A DNA stretch of 58,353 nt, taken from Bacteriovoracaceae bacterium (GTDB lineage: Bacteria > Bdellovibrionota > Bacteriovoracia > Bacteriovoracales > Bacteriovoracaceae). This document shows positions 36,863 through 47,933 of the stretch, piece by piece; position 1 is the first letter of the stretch; each line of letters begins with the position of its first letter. Both the position numbers and the translations under genes were made by a program. The notes under the pieces were generated by a model. It was given only the letters and a program-made list of their open reading frames with translations, was not told the origin of the DNA and searched no databases. The stretch is taken from the NCBI GenBank assembly GCA_018649885.1, contig JABIHA010000084.1, positions 124,001 through 182,353 of the forward strand, given 5' to 3'.

Positions 36863-38662
36863 ATGGATAGAAAATACATACGAAATTTTTCAATAATTGC
36901 CCATATTGATCATGGGAAATCAACCCTTGCAGATAGGCTGATAGAGATAACGCAGACACTTTCTAAAAGAGAGATGAAGGCCCAGTTCCTAGACAATATG
37001 GATATTGAAAAAGAGCGCGGTATAACTATTAAGGCCCAAACTGTCAGGCTTAAATATGAAGCTATTGATGGGAATACTTACTATCTAAATCTAATCGATA
37101 CTCCCGGGCATGTTGACTTCTCTTACGAGGTCTCTAGATCTCTGGCTTCATGTGATGGAGCATTACTTGTAGTGGACGCCTCTCAGGGTGTTGAAGCTCA
37201 GACACTGGCCAATGTATATATGGCCATCGAAAATGATCTTGAAATTATTCCAGTTCTCAATAAGATCGACCTTCCCCATGCTGACGTAGAACGAGTGGCA
37301 ACAGAAATTGAAGACATTGTTGGCATTGATGCAAGTGAAGCCCCGCAAGTTTCGGCTAAATCAGGTCTGGGTTGCGATGAGCTACTAGAACAAATTGTTA
37401 AATTGATTCCACCACCAGCTGGAAAGGTGGAAAATCCCTTACAGGCACTAATTTTTGATTCTTGGTTTGATATCTATCAAGGGGTCGTTATTTTAGTCAG
37501 AGTTTTTGAGGGGAAAATCAAATTAAAAGATAAGATTTTATTTAAACATACTGATAGTGAATACGAGGTTTTAAAGCTTGGAGTAAACACGCCATTTTAT
37601 TCTGATGTTAAAGAAATTGGAGCTGGTGAAGTTGGTCTTATCATTTGCGGTGTCAAAACTGTTAGAGATGTCAGTATTGGAGATACAGTTATCGAGGCGG
37701 GGAAAAGAGATACTCCATCTCTTGAAGGATTTAAGGAAGTAAAACCAATGGTCTTTTGTGGAATCTTTCCAGTTGATTCTGCTGATTACGAAAATTTAAA
37801 AGAGGCCTTAGAGAAACTCTCTCTCAATGACTCTTCAGTACACTATGAACCTGAAACTTCTCAAGCTCTTGGCTTTGGCTATAGATGCGGTTTTTTAGGT
37901 TTACTCCATATGAATATTATTCAAGAAAGACTTGAAAGAGAGTTTGAGCTAAATCTAATCTCAACAGCTCCAAGTGTGAGATACGAAGTAACAACTAATG
38001 GTGATAGCTTACTTTTGGTCGAGAACCCCTCTGAAATGCCAGAGATAGGAGACATTCAAGAAATTCGTGAGCCCATTGTTCAGATTTCGATTCATTTACC
38101 TAACGAGTATCTTGGAAAGATCATTAAGCTTTGTGAAGATAGAAGAGGTCAGCAAGTAGAAATAAAATATATTACGACCGATAGAGTTCAGCTTATTTAT
38201 GATTTGCCACTGTCTGAGATGGTTTTTGATTTTTATGATCAATTAAAGAGTCAATCAAAAGGCTATGCCAGCATGGATTATGAATTCATTGGCTATAAAC
38301 CATCTGATCTAGTCAAGTTAGATATTCTGTTAAATGGTGACAACGTAGATGCCCTCTCAATTATATGCCACCGCACCAATTCGTACTATAAAGGGAGGGA
38401 TTTAGTACAAAAACTAAGAAAAATTATTTCTCGTCAACAATTCGATATTGCAGTTCAGGCAGCTGTTGGCCAAAAAGTTATTGCTAGAGAGACTATTAAA
38501 GCTTTGAGAAAGAATGTCCTAGCAAAATGTTACGGCGGTGACATATCTCGTAAGAGAAAATTATTAGAAAAGCAAAAAGCTGGGAAAAAGAGAATGAAAA
38601 TGGTTGGGAATGTAGAAGTTCCACAAGAAGCATTTTTAGCTGTTCTTAAGGTTGATGAATAG
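36863..38662 (+). CDS. lepA: Elongation factor 4
   Basis: [36 protein letters not shown] and [18 protein letters not shown]. Confidence 0.98.
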   Translation: MDRKYIRNFSIIAHIDHGKSTLADRLIEITQTLSKREMKAQFLDNMDIEKERGITIKAQTVRLKYEAIDGNTYYLNLIDTPGHVDFSYEVSRSLASCDGALLVVDASQGVEAQTLANVYMAIENDLEIIPVLNKIDLPHADVERVATEIEDIVGIDASEAPQVSAKSGLGCDELLEQIVKLIPPPAGKVENPLQALIFDSWFDIYQGVVILVRVFEGKIKLKDKILFKHTDSEYEVLKLGVNTPFYSDVKEIGAGEVGLIICGVKTVRDVSIGDTVIEAGKRDTPSLEGFKEVKPMVFCGIFPVDSADYENLKEALEKLSLNDSSVHYEPETSQALGFGYRCGFLGLLHMNIIQERLEREFELNLISTAPSVRYEVTTNGDSLLLVENPSEMPEIGDIQEIREPIVQISIHLPNEYLGKIIKLCEDRRGQQVEIKYITTDRVQLIYDLPLSEMVFDFYDQLKSQSKGYASMDYEFIGYKPSDLVKLDILLNGDNVDALSIICHRTNSYYKGRDLVQKLRKIISRQQFDIAVQAAVGQKVIARETIKALRKNVLAKCYGGDISRKRKLLEKQKAGKKRMKMVGNVEVPQEAFLAVLKVDE

Positions 38663-38721
38663 CTCCTATTTAGTGATAATAGTCTGTACTAATAATTCAC
38701 CTCATTGCAATTTTTAGGATC

Positions 38722-39351
38722 ATGGAAGAAACAGTAAAAGAGCAAATTAACAAAATCATTGGCGAGTATTCGAGCACTGATTACACAATGTCTTTAATAA
38801 AAGCTAAGGACCAGTATTTTGAAATTACTGGATCTATTAATGACGACGACGATGACTTTGAATCTAGAATGAATTTGTTTAATGAGTGGTACATCTTTAA
38901 CTATTGTCCAGAAGAAGAAACGTCCCCTTTTATCGAGAGATATCTACAAAAAAATCCGATAGATGAAATAGTGGCCACTGGTTTAAAAATGGTTAACTAT
39001 TCGCTATTTGAATATGTGAAAAATAGCTTTCGTGGGAAAATCGTATTACAAGATATTCTTCATGGAAAAAAAGTTGTTCTTGAAAATAAAATAGGTGATG
39101 TAGGACTTATGCCAAAGGATATTTTTATTGGCAGAGTTTTAAATATAAAAAACCAAAACTTCCTGTTGAATGGATTATGTACCCTTCCAGGGGAAGTTAA
39201 ATCTACTCTTAGTAAGGAGTCAAAAAAAGTGCGAAAGAAAGCTGATCTTTCTGAGGAAATTAGTTTTTTATTAATATTAGAGTCATTAAAAACAAAGTGG
39301 AAGAGATACGGCCACGTAGAAACTAATAAGATATTTGTGTTTAAAAAATGA
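38722..39351 (+). CDS. Hypothetical protein
   Basis: 209-aa ORF in an operon with lepA. Confidence 0.75.
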   Translation: MEETVKEQINKIIGEYSSTDYTMSLIKAKDQYFEITGSINDDDDDFESRMNLFNEWYIFNYCPEEETSPFIERYLQKNPIDEIVATGLKMVNYSLFEYVKNSFRGKIVLQDILHGKKVVLENKIGDVGLMPKDIFIGRVLNIKNQNFLLNGLCTLPGEVKSTLSKESKKVRKKADLSEEISFLLILESLKTKWKRYGHVETNKIFVFKK

Positions 39352-39800
39352 GCAAAAAAGACGACGACCACAAAATTTTAATCATCGATGAAAATAAGAA
39401 AGAAAGAGAAGTTCTAGCTGGCACACTCCTGCGCTCGGGCTACACCTGCGGTCAGGCTACAGGAGGCTTACAGGGCATTAGCATGATGGAGCAAGAGCGA
39501 TTCTCTTTGATCTTAATAGCTGCAGAAATGGATCAAATGGGTGGAGTGGAAACTCTTTGCCACATAAGAAGTTTATACCCTTCAGGAGTTCTTCCAATCA
39601 TCATTATGGCAAAAGATCACGATCCCGAGCTAGAAAAAGAGTGTAAAGGTTTTGGGTCCACTGATTTTACTGTTGTAGAGCAAAATAGAAATATTATCAT
39701 TAGATTGATTGTACGCCATATAGAAGCATTTCTGAAAAAAAATAAGGGCAAGAAAATTAAACCCAAAGATAATATCCTAGGTGTTAAACCAGCCAAATAA
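39348..39800 (+). CDS. Receiver-domain protein (atypical, lacks the phospho-acceptor Asp)
   Basis: KILIIDE...LILIAAEMDQMGG...LPIIIM; Ala at the canonical Asp position. Confidence 0.75.
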   Translation: MSKKDDDHKILIIDENKKEREVLAGTLLRSGYTCGQATGGLQGISMMEQERFSLILIAAEMDQMGGVETLCHIRSLYPSGVLPIIIMAKDHDPELEKECKGFGSTDFTVVEQNRNIIIRLIVRHIEAFLKKNKGKKIKPKDNILGVKPAK

Positions 39801-39804
39801 AAAA

Positions 39805-40791
39805 TTATTTACTAGAGACGAAGCCTTTGGCATCTTTACTGCTGTGTCTTTTACCACTAGTGAGGTAGGGAATAATACCGAATAGATTCATAAAAGTAAC
39901 AGCTACAAAGTAGAAGTTAAATAGAGAAGCTCCACCATTAACACCATAAAGAGAAAATAATTTGTCAAAAATAGCGTGACCAATCCCCAGCCCTGATGGA
40001 GTGATCGGAATGGCAATGGTGACAATGCCTACTGGAATAAATGTAAAGGCACTGGCAAGTGATAGTGGGTTGTCATAAAAGGGTTTAGTAACAGTGTAAA
40101 AGGCCAGTACCTGGGAGCATTGAACAACAACGCTGAGAGTGAGGCATTTGAATACCACGGCCCGGTTTGCTCCAATATGCCAAAATTGTGCCAGAGTTTT
40201 TTGCAACAGGGTTTCTAGAAGTTTTATTTTTTTAGACTTCTCTAAAATAAAATCCTGCCAGCTTTTAGGAAAGAACAAGGTTCCAAGAAAAAATAAAACT
40301 CCAATAAATAATACAAAATTAAAATGAATTAAAGTTTTTAATTCACTAGATTTAGCGACGAGCTCTGTATATTTAAAGGCAGTAGAGATTCCCAGAAGTA
40401 TCAGTATTCCACATAAACCAAAAATTCGATCGATTAAAACCGTCGTAACTAAATAGGACTTAGGAATGGATTCATCAATATCCTTTGCGTATACCAGTTT
40501 AATGATGTCACCAGATACAACCCCTGGTAAAACGCTATTGAAAAGTAAGCCTATCCAAGTCAGTTTGATAATTTGTAAAAAAGTAAATTTCACCTCAGAT
40601 TTGAGGTGTAAAAGCCATCTCCACCTGAATGTGGTAAGGACAATATTGGTGCTGAGTAAAAGCAGGCATATTAGCCAATCAGATAAGTTATCAGTGGATT
40701 TGAGAAGTAGTGAAAAATCTATTTTACCCGAGCTTGTAAGCCAGGCTATGAGGGCAACGGCAATTGCTATTTTTATGGCGAGTTTAACCAC
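39805..40791 (-). CDS. Lysylphosphatidylglycerol synthase TM / flippase-like membrane protein (UPF0104)
   Basis: RWRWLL, FNSVLPG..SGD, DRIFGL and PITPSGLG. Confidence 0.85.
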   Translation of the reverse strand: MVKLAIKIAIAVALIAWLTSSGKIDFSLLLKSTDNLSDWLICLLLLSTNIVLTTFRWRWLLHLKSEVKFTFLQIIKLTWIGLLFNSVLPGVVSGDIIKLVYAKDIDESIPKSYLVTTVLIDRIFGLCGILILLGISTAFKYTELVAKSSELKTLIHFNFVLFIGVLFFLGTLFFPKSWQDFILEKSKKIKLLETLLQKTLAQFWHIGANRAVVFKCLTLSVVVQCSQVLAFYTVTKPFYDNPLSLASAFTFIPVGIVTIAIPITPSGLGIGHAIFDKLFSLYGVNGGASLFNFYFVAVTFMNLFGIIPYLTSGKRHSSKDAKGFVSSK

Positions 40792-41551
40792 CGTTTTTTT
40801 CCTTTTTGGCCAAATAGGCCATGGCGTACTTCATAAACATTGCATGTGCTGAGTTTATTCCAATAAATAATCCATGTATACCGTCAAGAAAACCTTTTTT
40901 AAAAATGTAGGACTCTAAAAATTTACCCATGGGTTTTAGCATCACACTAACCAGATGGACGCGATCAGGGCTTGTTTCAATTAAATCAAGTGAGGCCTTT
41001 GTTGAAAAATTGAGATTGGTCTTTATTTGAGACTTAAAATCAGGGAATGAGTAATGGAGAAGATGACCTGTTAGGTCGTGGATTTCAGTATTTTTATCAT
41101 TTGGGATGAGTCTCTCATGGACATTGGGAGTACTCCAGGTGACAGATCCCTTTTTAAAAAGTCTTTCTTGTCTATCTGGGTACCAGCCACAGTGGTATAT
41201 CCATTTACCGCAGTAACGAGTCAGTCTCTTGCATTGAAATAAGGGGGTATCGGGTTTTTTTGAAAGAACCTTTTGAATGGATTCTTTTAGTTCTTCACTT
41301 ATTTCCTCGTCAGCATCGAGTGAGAAAATCCAAGTTTCTTTTGCAAGCGAAGCAGCATAGTTTTTTTGCTGACCATAACCCATAAAGGCTTTTTGATAAA
41401 CTTTTGCACCAAGTCCTTCGGCAATTTCGACTGTGCGGTCCGTACTATTTGAATCGACCACAATAACTTCATCAGCAAAAAGTGCTGATTTTACACTTCT
41501 TTCGATATGCAGTTCTTCATTGAAAGTGATGATTGTGACCGTCAGGTTCAT
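40784..41551 (-). CDS. GT2 glycosyltransferase (KdtX/WaaE-like)
   Basis: IITFNEE, VDSNSTDRT, QQKN, LDADE, VHE and GFLDG. Confidence 0.92.
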   Translation of the reverse strand: MNLTVTIITFNEELHIERSVKSALFADEVIVVDSNSTDRTVEIAEGLGAKVYQKAFMGYGQQKNYAASLAKETWIFSLDADEEISEELKESIQKVLSKKPDTPLFQCKRLTRYCGKWIYHCGWYPDRQERLFKKGSVTWSTPNVHERLIPNDKNTEIHDLTGHLLHYSFPDFKSQIKTNLNFSTKASLDLIETSPDRVHLVSVMLKPMGKFLESYIFKKGFLDGIHGLFIGINSAHAMFMKYAMAYLAKKEKNGG

Positions 41552-41653
41552 TTCGCTGCGCTCTATTGGTACCACCATGGTTACATACCTTGCCTAAAAG
41601 GTTATAATAACCTCTTTAATATTGAATGGTAACCATTTATAGGAGTGTGCCAT

Positions 41654-42964
41654 ATGAAAGTGGCCGTTGCAGGAACAGGCTATGTAGGTCTAGTTTCGGG
41701 TGTATGTTTTGCAGAGCTTGGACATCATGTAAATTGCATTGATATCGATCCCTCAAAAGTAGAGATGCTTAAGGGCGGGAAATCCCCCATATATGAATCG
41801 GGACTTGATTCTCTTCTCGAAAGAAATATTGATTCAAAACGTCTGGACTTTACGGATGATTACAGTGTTGTGAAAGATGCTGACGTTACTTTTTTAGCAG
41901 TTGGCACTCCCTCATTAGCTAACGGAGAAGCCAACTTAGAGTATTTAAAAAAGGCGGCGGTTTCAACGGCCCAAAATTTAAAAGATGGTTCAGTGGTTGT
42001 GATTAAATCAACTGTACCTGTAGGCACATGCACCCAAATCGAAAAAATTATTTCGGAAAATACTTCTAAGAAATTTTATCTGGTTAACAATCCTGAGTTT
42101 CTTAAAGAAGGAAGTGCAGTAGCTGATTTTATGAAACCAGATCGGGTTGTTATAGGACACAGAGAAGAAGAAGCCTATAGTATAATGGAAGAGCTATATC
42201 TTCCTCTTGTTATACAGGGAAACCCAATTTATAAGATGTCGAATTTGTCTGCTGAAATGACCAAGTATGCTTCCAATTGTATTCTTGCAACGAAAATTTC
42301 TTTTATTAATGAGATTGCTAGGCTTTGTGATGCAGTTGGGGCTGATATTGATGAAGTGAGAAAAGGAATTGTTTCCGATAGAAGAATTGGTCACCATTTT
42401 CTTTATCCTGGTCTTGGCTATGGTGGTTCATGTTTCCCCAAGGATGTGAAGGCCCTTATTTCTACTGCCCGTAAGCACGGCATTGATCTTGCTGTAACAA
42501 ATGCTGCTCAGGTGATTAATGAAACCCAAAAGTTAATCATGTTTGAGAAAATGATGAAGCGCTTTGATGGAAAGATAGATGGCAGAACTTTTTCCTTTTG
42601 GGGAGTGGCCTTCAAGCCTAATACTGATGATATCAGGGAAGCCCCCTCAATATTTATGGCCACTGAAATTTTTAAGGCAGGGGGGAAAATTAGAATTTAC
42701 GACCCTGTTGCGAGTGAAAATTTTGTCAATTACTTTAAAGATCAAAGCCATCAAATAGAGGTGGTCAAAAATAAATACGATTGTCTCGACCAATGTGACG
42801 CGCTCTTTGTTGTAACTGAATGGGCCGAATTTAGAACAGCCGATTTTAATGAGATAAAATCTCGTCTCAAAGAGGCCCTAGTATTTGATGGAAGAAATAT
42901 TTTTCAGACAGAGAAAGTTAAAGCTGTTGGCCTTGAGTATTTTGCTGTTGGAAAAAGAGTATAA
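41654..42964 (+). CDS. ugd: UDP-glucose 6-dehydrogenase
   Basis: GTGYVGL, KSTVPVG, NPEFLKEG, GYGGSCFPKD and AFKPNTDDIREAP. Confidence 0.96.
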   Translation: MKVAVAGTGYVGLVSGVCFAELGHHVNCIDIDPSKVEMLKGGKSPIYESGLDSLLERNIDSKRLDFTDDYSVVKDADVTFLAVGTPSLANGEANLEYLKKAAVSTAQNLKDGSVVVIKSTVPVGTCTQIEKIISENTSKKFYLVNNPEFLKEGSAVADFMKPDRVVIGHREEEAYSIMEELYLPLVIQGNPIYKMSNLSAEMTKYASNCILATKISFINEIARLCDAVGADIDEVRKGIVSDRRIGHHFLYPGLGYGGSCFPKDVKALISTARKHGIDLAVTNAAQVINETQKLIMFEKMMKRFDGKIDGRTFSFWGVAFKPNTDDIREAPSIFMATEIFKAGGKIRIYDPVASENFVNYFKDQSHQIEVVKNKYDCLDQCDALFVVTEWAEFRTADFNEIKSRLKEALVFDGRNIFQTEKVKAVGLEYFAVGKRV

Positions 42965-43770
42965 TGAAAATTGGTATTATCCAATTATGTTCAAAATTAG
43001 ATCCATCTGAAAATTTAGCTAAAATTGAGAAGTTTCTTAAAGTTGCCGTTGATCACGGTGCAAAAGCTGTTTTTTTACCAGAATGTTTTTATTCCCTATC
43101 AAATGGAAAGTCTCCCACACCCTATCTCGTAGAGGAAGGTAACGATCACTTTATTCGCATTCAAAAGCTGGCGATAGATCATGGTATTTCACTTTTAGGT
43201 GGCTCGGCAGCTACTAAGACAGATCATGGTATCACCAATAAGGTTTACAATTTTCGAGGTGATGGAACAAGCCTAGCTAGCTATGAGAAAATGCACCTAT
43301 TTGCCATTGATCTTAAGGCTGAATCAGAAAAAAAAGTTATCAATGAATCAGATATATATACACCAGGTAAGAGTACTTCAATTTTTGAATTTGAAGGTTT
43401 CACCATAGGGCAAGGAATCTGTTTTGATATAAGATTTAGTGAAATGTATCGCTATTATTTTCAACAAGGCTGTAACCTTCTTACTGCAAGTGCTGCCTTT
43501 ACTATTCCAACAGGAAAGGCCCATTGGCATACTCTTCTTCGTGCACGGGCCATAGAAAACCAAAGTTATGTGGTGGCTTCGGCCCAGTGGGGCGACAATA
43601 ACGAAAATATTTCTACTTATGGACATTCGCTTGTGATTGACCCATGGGGGAGAGTGCTTCTCGATTTAGAGCAGGGTGAAAAAATTGAATTTGTAGATCT
43701 CAGCCTTGATCTAGTAAAAGAGGTGAGGTCCACGATGGTAGTCACTCCCGATTTAAAATTTCTCAAATAA
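42964..43770 (+). CDS. Carbon-nitrogen hydrolase (Nit1/YbeM-like amidase)
   Basis: Triad motifs LPE, YEKMHLF and ICFDIRF; TGKAHWHTLLRARAIENQ. Confidence 0.93.
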   Translation: MKIGIIQLCSKLDPSENLAKIEKFLKVAVDHGAKAVFLPECFYSLSNGKSPTPYLVEEGNDHFIRIQKLAIDHGISLLGGSAATKTDHGITNKVYNFRGDGTSLASYEKMHLFAIDLKAESEKKVINESDIYTPGKSTSIFEFEGFTIGQGICFDIRFSEMYRYYFQQGCNLLTASAAFTIPTGKAHWHTLLRARAIENQSYVVASAQWGDNNENISTYGHSLVIDPWGRVLLDLEQGEKIEFVDLSLDLVKEVRSTMVVTPDLKFLK

Positions 43771-43873
43771 ATTCAAACTGATTGCTTTACACCTCTCGAT
43801 GAATTAACCAACTGATATTACTGAATAAAAAGAAAAATAAGTTTTGATGGTTCATTTGTCGGAGGGTATTGTT

Positions 43874-43940
43874 CACGGCGCTAATGGGTATAGTGATCCT
43901 TTAGAGTTTCTAAAGGATCACTATACCCATTAGCGCCGTG
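43874..43940. repeat. Perfect 32-bp-stem hairpin with 3-nt loop
   Basis: 43874-43905 is the exact reverse complement of 43909-43940; imperfect extension to about 43858-43959. Confidence 0.92.
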
Positions 43941-44069
43941 TACAACATACTCTAAAGACTGTCTCCACTATAACTTTTCACAAGATAAAAAATGATTTTT
44001 TTTCTCAATAATTGTTTTAATGAGTTTTAAGGAATATCCCACTTGAAATTCAAACTGAGATTAGTAGAA

Positions 44070-44327
44070 CTACATATAGGGGGAATCGCCGCTGGTGTGA
44101 TCAGTCATATCGACCACTTCTTCAATAAAATCTGGAAATGTTGTCTTTAACAGAGTTTCAATTCCATCTTTAAGAGTTGCTGTAGAGCTTGAGCATCCTT
44201 GGCAGCCACCCGACAATTTTACAAATAATTTTTTATTATCGAAGTCAATGATTTCGACCCCCCCACCATGAGCAGCTAGTGCGGGTCTCACTTGTTCATC
44301 AAATAATTTTTCTATTTTATGGAGCAT
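44070..44327 (-). CDS. NifU/NfuA-type Fe-S carrier domain protein
   Basis: VRPALAAHGGGVE...GGCQGCSSSTATLKDGIE. Confidence 0.92.
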   Translation of the reverse strand: MLHKIEKLFDEQVRPALAAHGGGVEIIDFDNKKLFVKLSGGCQGCSSSTATLKDGIETLLKTTFPDFIEEVVDMTDHTSGDSPYM

Positions 44328-44432
44328 CTTCTGGCCTTTGTCATTTTGGGACAATATATCATAGCCTAATGGTATGCACAATTGACTTAGAGGCGCCAAG
44401 GGCCATAATTTTAGTATTATTAGGAACTTGAA

Positions 44433-45449
44433 ATGTTGAATAATTCTACTATTTCTAAAATTTTAGTTGTTAAGAACAAGGCCATGGGGGACGCAGTCTT
44501 GGGCCTTTCCACTATTGAGTATCTTAAAACTGAGTTTTCTAACGCATATATTGATTATGCTATTCCGGCGTGGATACATCCCCTTTTCGAGAAGACCAAG
44601 AATCCCTTTAATCAGCTAATTTCATGTGATTTAAATAATATTTCAGATGGTCTTGCATTATATTCGAGATTAAAAAAAGAGAAGTATGATTTGATTATCG
44701 AACTCAATCAAGCAGGGAGAACCTCTAAGTTTTTTAATTTATACCAAATCCTAACGGGCACAACTTATGGCTATCATAACCATCATAGAAAAGATCAGAC
44801 TATAATCTTGGATCAGGGTGTGCGTAAACCTAATATCCAAAGAGATTTAGATGGATGCTATAGCGTTTTAAAAAACCACCAACTTATTGATGGAAAAAAA
44901 AATCCATCTTTTTTAGACTATACACCTGTATTGGGGGAAAAGTCTGAAAAGTGCGGGAGTAAGATTGTGTTTGGAGTGGTCTCACAGCGTGAGACTAAAA
45001 TGTGGCCTCTGACCCACTTCGGAGAATTGAGTCAACTGATTGAAAAAAAATATCCTGAGAAGGAAATCATCATTCCACTTTCAAACTTAGAAAAAGACTG
45101 TGTGTTAAAAACTCAAATAGATCAGCTTGGTTTTTCCAAAAACTGCAAGGTTGTTCAACTGCCCTTGAGTGATATGCCATCTCTTTTTTCTGATGCTCAG
45201 ATCTATATTGGAAATGATACTGGAATAAAGCATATTGCCATTTCTATGGGAGTGAAATCCCATACTTTTTTTGGTCCTGAAGAGCCTCTCGAATGGCACC
45301 CCTATGATACTGGGGTCCACACCTATTCTTTTATGAGTGATTTAGAATGCAGAACAAGAACCTCTCACTTTTGTGGACTTTCTACTTGTGAGTCTATGAT
45401 TTGCCTCAATCAATTCAAAGCCGAAGAAATATTTAATCTTTTATTCTAA
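44433..45449 (+). CDS. GT9 glycosyltransferase (heptosyltransferase-like)
   Basis: AMGDAVL, TKMWP, IGNDTGIKHIA and FFGP. Confidence 0.9.
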   Translation: MLNNSTISKILVVKNKAMGDAVLGLSTIEYLKTEFSNAYIDYAIPAWIHPLFEKTKNPFNQLISCDLNNISDGLALYSRLKKEKYDLIIELNQAGRTSKFFNLYQILTGTTYGYHNHHRKDQTIILDQGVRKPNIQRDLDGCYSVLKNHQLIDGKKNPSFLDYTPVLGEKSEKCGSKIVFGVVSQRETKMWPLTHFGELSQLIEKKYPEKEIIIPLSNLEKDCVLKTQIDQLGFSKNCKVVQLPLSDMPSLFSDAQIYIGNDTGIKHIAISMGVKSHTFFGPEEPLEWHPYDTGVHTYSFMSDLECRTRTSHFCGLSTCESMICLNQFKAEEIFNLLF

Positions 45450-45476
45450 TGGTTTCGTCTGCACGACTTTGGTAAT

Positions 45477-46199
45477 ATGGTAAGTGTGATGAATTCTCAT
45501 ATATCACTCTTTTCTTGTTTTCTTCAAAACCACCTCTATCAGTTAACTCCTACTATAGGTAAGACTCTCACTATTACCGATTCCCCTAACCGTTTAAAAG
45601 AGAATTCAGGAGTAGATCAAATTTTATATATTAAAACGGTTGTTGTTTCTAAGCTTGAGGCCCTAATTTCTCAGGGAGAGTTTGAACTGGTTATTGTTGA
45701 AAATATTCATGCACAGCTTTTAAGTTTGAAAGGAAGGGAGATCATATTTTTGTTATCATCACTGAAAATTTCAACTTGGGCGACCATATATCCTTGTGAA
45801 AATTTAATTAAAAAGACTACTCATTTTTTGAATCATGGTTTTCAAAAAGTTATCTACTATAAATCTTCATCAAAGCAAATGAGAGGACATTGGTTTTCTA
45901 TGACAAGGCAGCTTGATAAATGGTTTTTTGAGTTGATTTTAAAAAAAGAAAACCAAGGGGTGTTTATATGTGATCCTAGCGGATCAGCAGTGGAAGCTGA
46001 TTGTAGGAAAAGCAGGGGGGCACCAGCAAATATCTACAAAAGTAGTGCTCCTTTGATGGAAACCCAGAGTGCTTCTGGGTATAGGACAGTGGTAACAATA
46101 ACATGTTGCGAAGATTGTTATGGGGTAAATACTCGGAAATACAAAAGAGAATTCATGGATTTAATATACTTTCTAAAACTTCTTTTCTGGAACCTGTAA
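45477..46199 (+). CDS. Hypothetical protein
   Basis: 240-aa ORF between GT9 and recO; no recognised motif. Confidence 0.55.
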   Translation: MVSVMNSHISLFSCFLQNHLYQLTPTIGKTLTITDSPNRLKENSGVDQILYIKTVVVSKLEALISQGEFELVIVENIHAQLLSLKGREIIFLLSSLKISTWATIYPCENLIKKTTHFLNHGFQKVIYYKSSSKQMRGHWFSMTRQLDKWFFELILKKENQGVFICDPSGSAVEADCRKSRGAPANIYKSSAPLMETQSASGYRTVVTITCCEDCYGVNTRKYKREFMDLIYFLKLLFWNL

Positions 46200-46218
46200 T
46201 AGTTATATCAATACTACT

Positions 46219-47007
46219 ATGCACTATAAGGTTGAAGGGATACTGATCCGAAAAATCCCCCACAAAGAAAGAGATCTCATTGGCTCACTACTACTTAGAA
46301 ATGGAAAAACCATTAGTGGGGTTTTCTATGGTGGTATGGGGGGAGGCAAAAAGAATAAGCCCAGCATTTTAGAAAGTGGAAGACTATTTGAAGTGGGGTT
46401 TGTTCACAAGAAAAAAGAATTGGGCGACGGTCAGCTGGTTTCTTTTCGGGACTACAGCTTAAAGTGGACTCCCAAAAATATTAGAACCAATTACCAAGCC
46501 TTTTATCTTCTCAACTTTTTTTTGGAATTCATTTCTAAAGTAACTTTTCAAGCAAGTCTAGAGTCTTTAGATGACGGCGAAAATGAAGAAATTTTTCGTT
46601 TATTAAGTAATGCTATTTTCTACCTAGAGAAATCGGTGACGGATGATTTGTTTGAACTTGAAACTCAAATGTTGCTCTTTTTAACAAAGGCTTGCTTGGA
46701 GTTAGGAATTGCCCCATCTTTTAGAAATTGTGGGTTTTGCGAGAAGCAGCTGGCGATTTCAAATCTTGCTAGTTTTGACTTTGAAAATGGAGGCTTTGTT
46801 TGCTCCGAATGTGCTGAAAAGGGAAGAGACTTTCAAAATACAAAAGAAATGTGGGTCTATTTTTCTCAAGTATGGTTCAAAAAGTATTCTGAATACCATA
46901 GCCTACCAAAACCAACTCTAAAAACCTCAGAGGAGCTCTTTACTGGGACTCTTCGTCAATTTAATTTATCGAGATCTGATTTCAAATCTACAAATCTTAT
47001 TTGGTAA
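46219..47007 (+). CDS. recO: DNA repair protein RecO
   Basis: EGILIR...ERDLI OB-fold start; LGIAP...CGFC...GGFVCSEC zinc finger. Confidence 0.85.
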   Translation: MHYKVEGILIRKIPHKERDLIGSLLLRNGKTISGVFYGGMGGGKKNKPSILESGRLFEVGFVHKKKELGDGQLVSFRDYSLKWTPKNIRTNYQAFYLLNFFLEFISKVTFQASLESLDDGENEEIFRLLSNAIFYLEKSVTDDLFELETQMLLFLTKACLELGIAPSFRNCGFCEKQLAISNLASFDFENGGFVCSECAEKGRDFQNTKEMWVYFSQVWFKKYSEYHSLPKPTLKTSEELFTGTLRQFNLSRSDFKSTNLIW

Positions 47008-47059
47008 TTTTCTTAAGGTAAATTACCGATAGAGATCTAACGGGAGAATTTGAAAAGTC

Positions 47060-47929
47060 ATGAAAAAATACGTACTTATCGTTGATGATGAAGATGATGT
47101 TCGTGAACTCTTAAAAGATATGATTGAGTCTACTGTCGAGGAAGAAGTCACAATTCTTGAGGCCTCCAATGGCATTGAAGGATTTAGGCTTATTAGAAAT
47201 CAGCAATTTCATCTTCTCATATCAGATCTCAAGATGCCTAAAATGGATGGCAAGGGACTCATTGAATCCATGAGAACCATGGAGAAAAAACTGCTTCCTA
47301 AAAGTATCCTAATCCTTTCAGGTTTTTTGGATGGAAATAAAGCAGGTAGAAAAGTAGGATCTGTCACTTATATGTCAAAGCCTTGGAATCAACCTGAGCT
47401 TGAAACATATTTTAGAGAAGTTATTGATGGAGTTATGCCAAAAAATGCTGAGGGGGCCAAAGCTGTTCAATTTGTCACCTGTTTTATCGAGGGAACACTT
47501 GCAGCGGTAAGAGAAACTGCAGGTATTGAAGCCGTTAAAAAGAATGTTGAGAAAAAAAACGAAGAGGATCTCTCACACGGTGACATTTCAGCTGTTATAT
47601 CTTTTACAAGTAGTAAGTTCAAGGGATGTCTGATTGTTAGCTTTGAAAAGGATTGCTTTTTATCCATTGCCAATAAAATGTCTGATGAAGAATTTTCTGA
47701 TTTGAGCCCTTCAGCTTCAAATGCTGCTGGCATTTTAAGTGAACAAATTCTGGAAAGGGCCAAACCTGACCTATCGGCACTAGGGTTTCAACTAGAGAAT
47801 TCTGTGACATCAATTTTTATAGGAGAAGGTCATCAAGTCAAACACTTGCTAAAAGGCTCCCGCATGGCCATTGAGTTTACAACCGATGCGGGGACATTTT
47901 GTATAGAAACTATTTTATCGCCTAAGTAG
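47060..47929 (+). CDS. Response regulator fused to a CheX-like domain
   Basis: Receiver motifs VDDE, SDLKMPKMDG and KP; C-terminal GDISAVISF...FTTDAGTFCIE is CheX-like. Confidence 0.85.
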   Translation: MKKYVLIVDDEDDVRELLKDMIESTVEEEVTILEASNGIEGFRLIRNQQFHLLISDLKMPKMDGKGLIESMRTMEKKLLPKSILILSGFLDGNKAGRKVGSVTYMSKPWNQPELETYFREVIDGVMPKNAEGAKAVQFVTCFIEGTLAAVRETAGIEAVKKNVEKKNEEDLSHGDISAVISFTSSKFKGCLIVSFEKDCFLSIANKMSDEEFSDLSPSASNAAGILSEQILERAKPDLSALGFQLENSVTSIFIGEGHQVKHLLKGSRMAIEFTTDAGTFCIETILSPK

Positions 47930-47933
47930 CTTT

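Noticed and set aside
43874..43940. Protelomerase target or retron msd
   Set aside because: The centre is an asymmetric 3-nt loop rather than a perfect palindrome axis, and no protelomerase or RT lies nearby.
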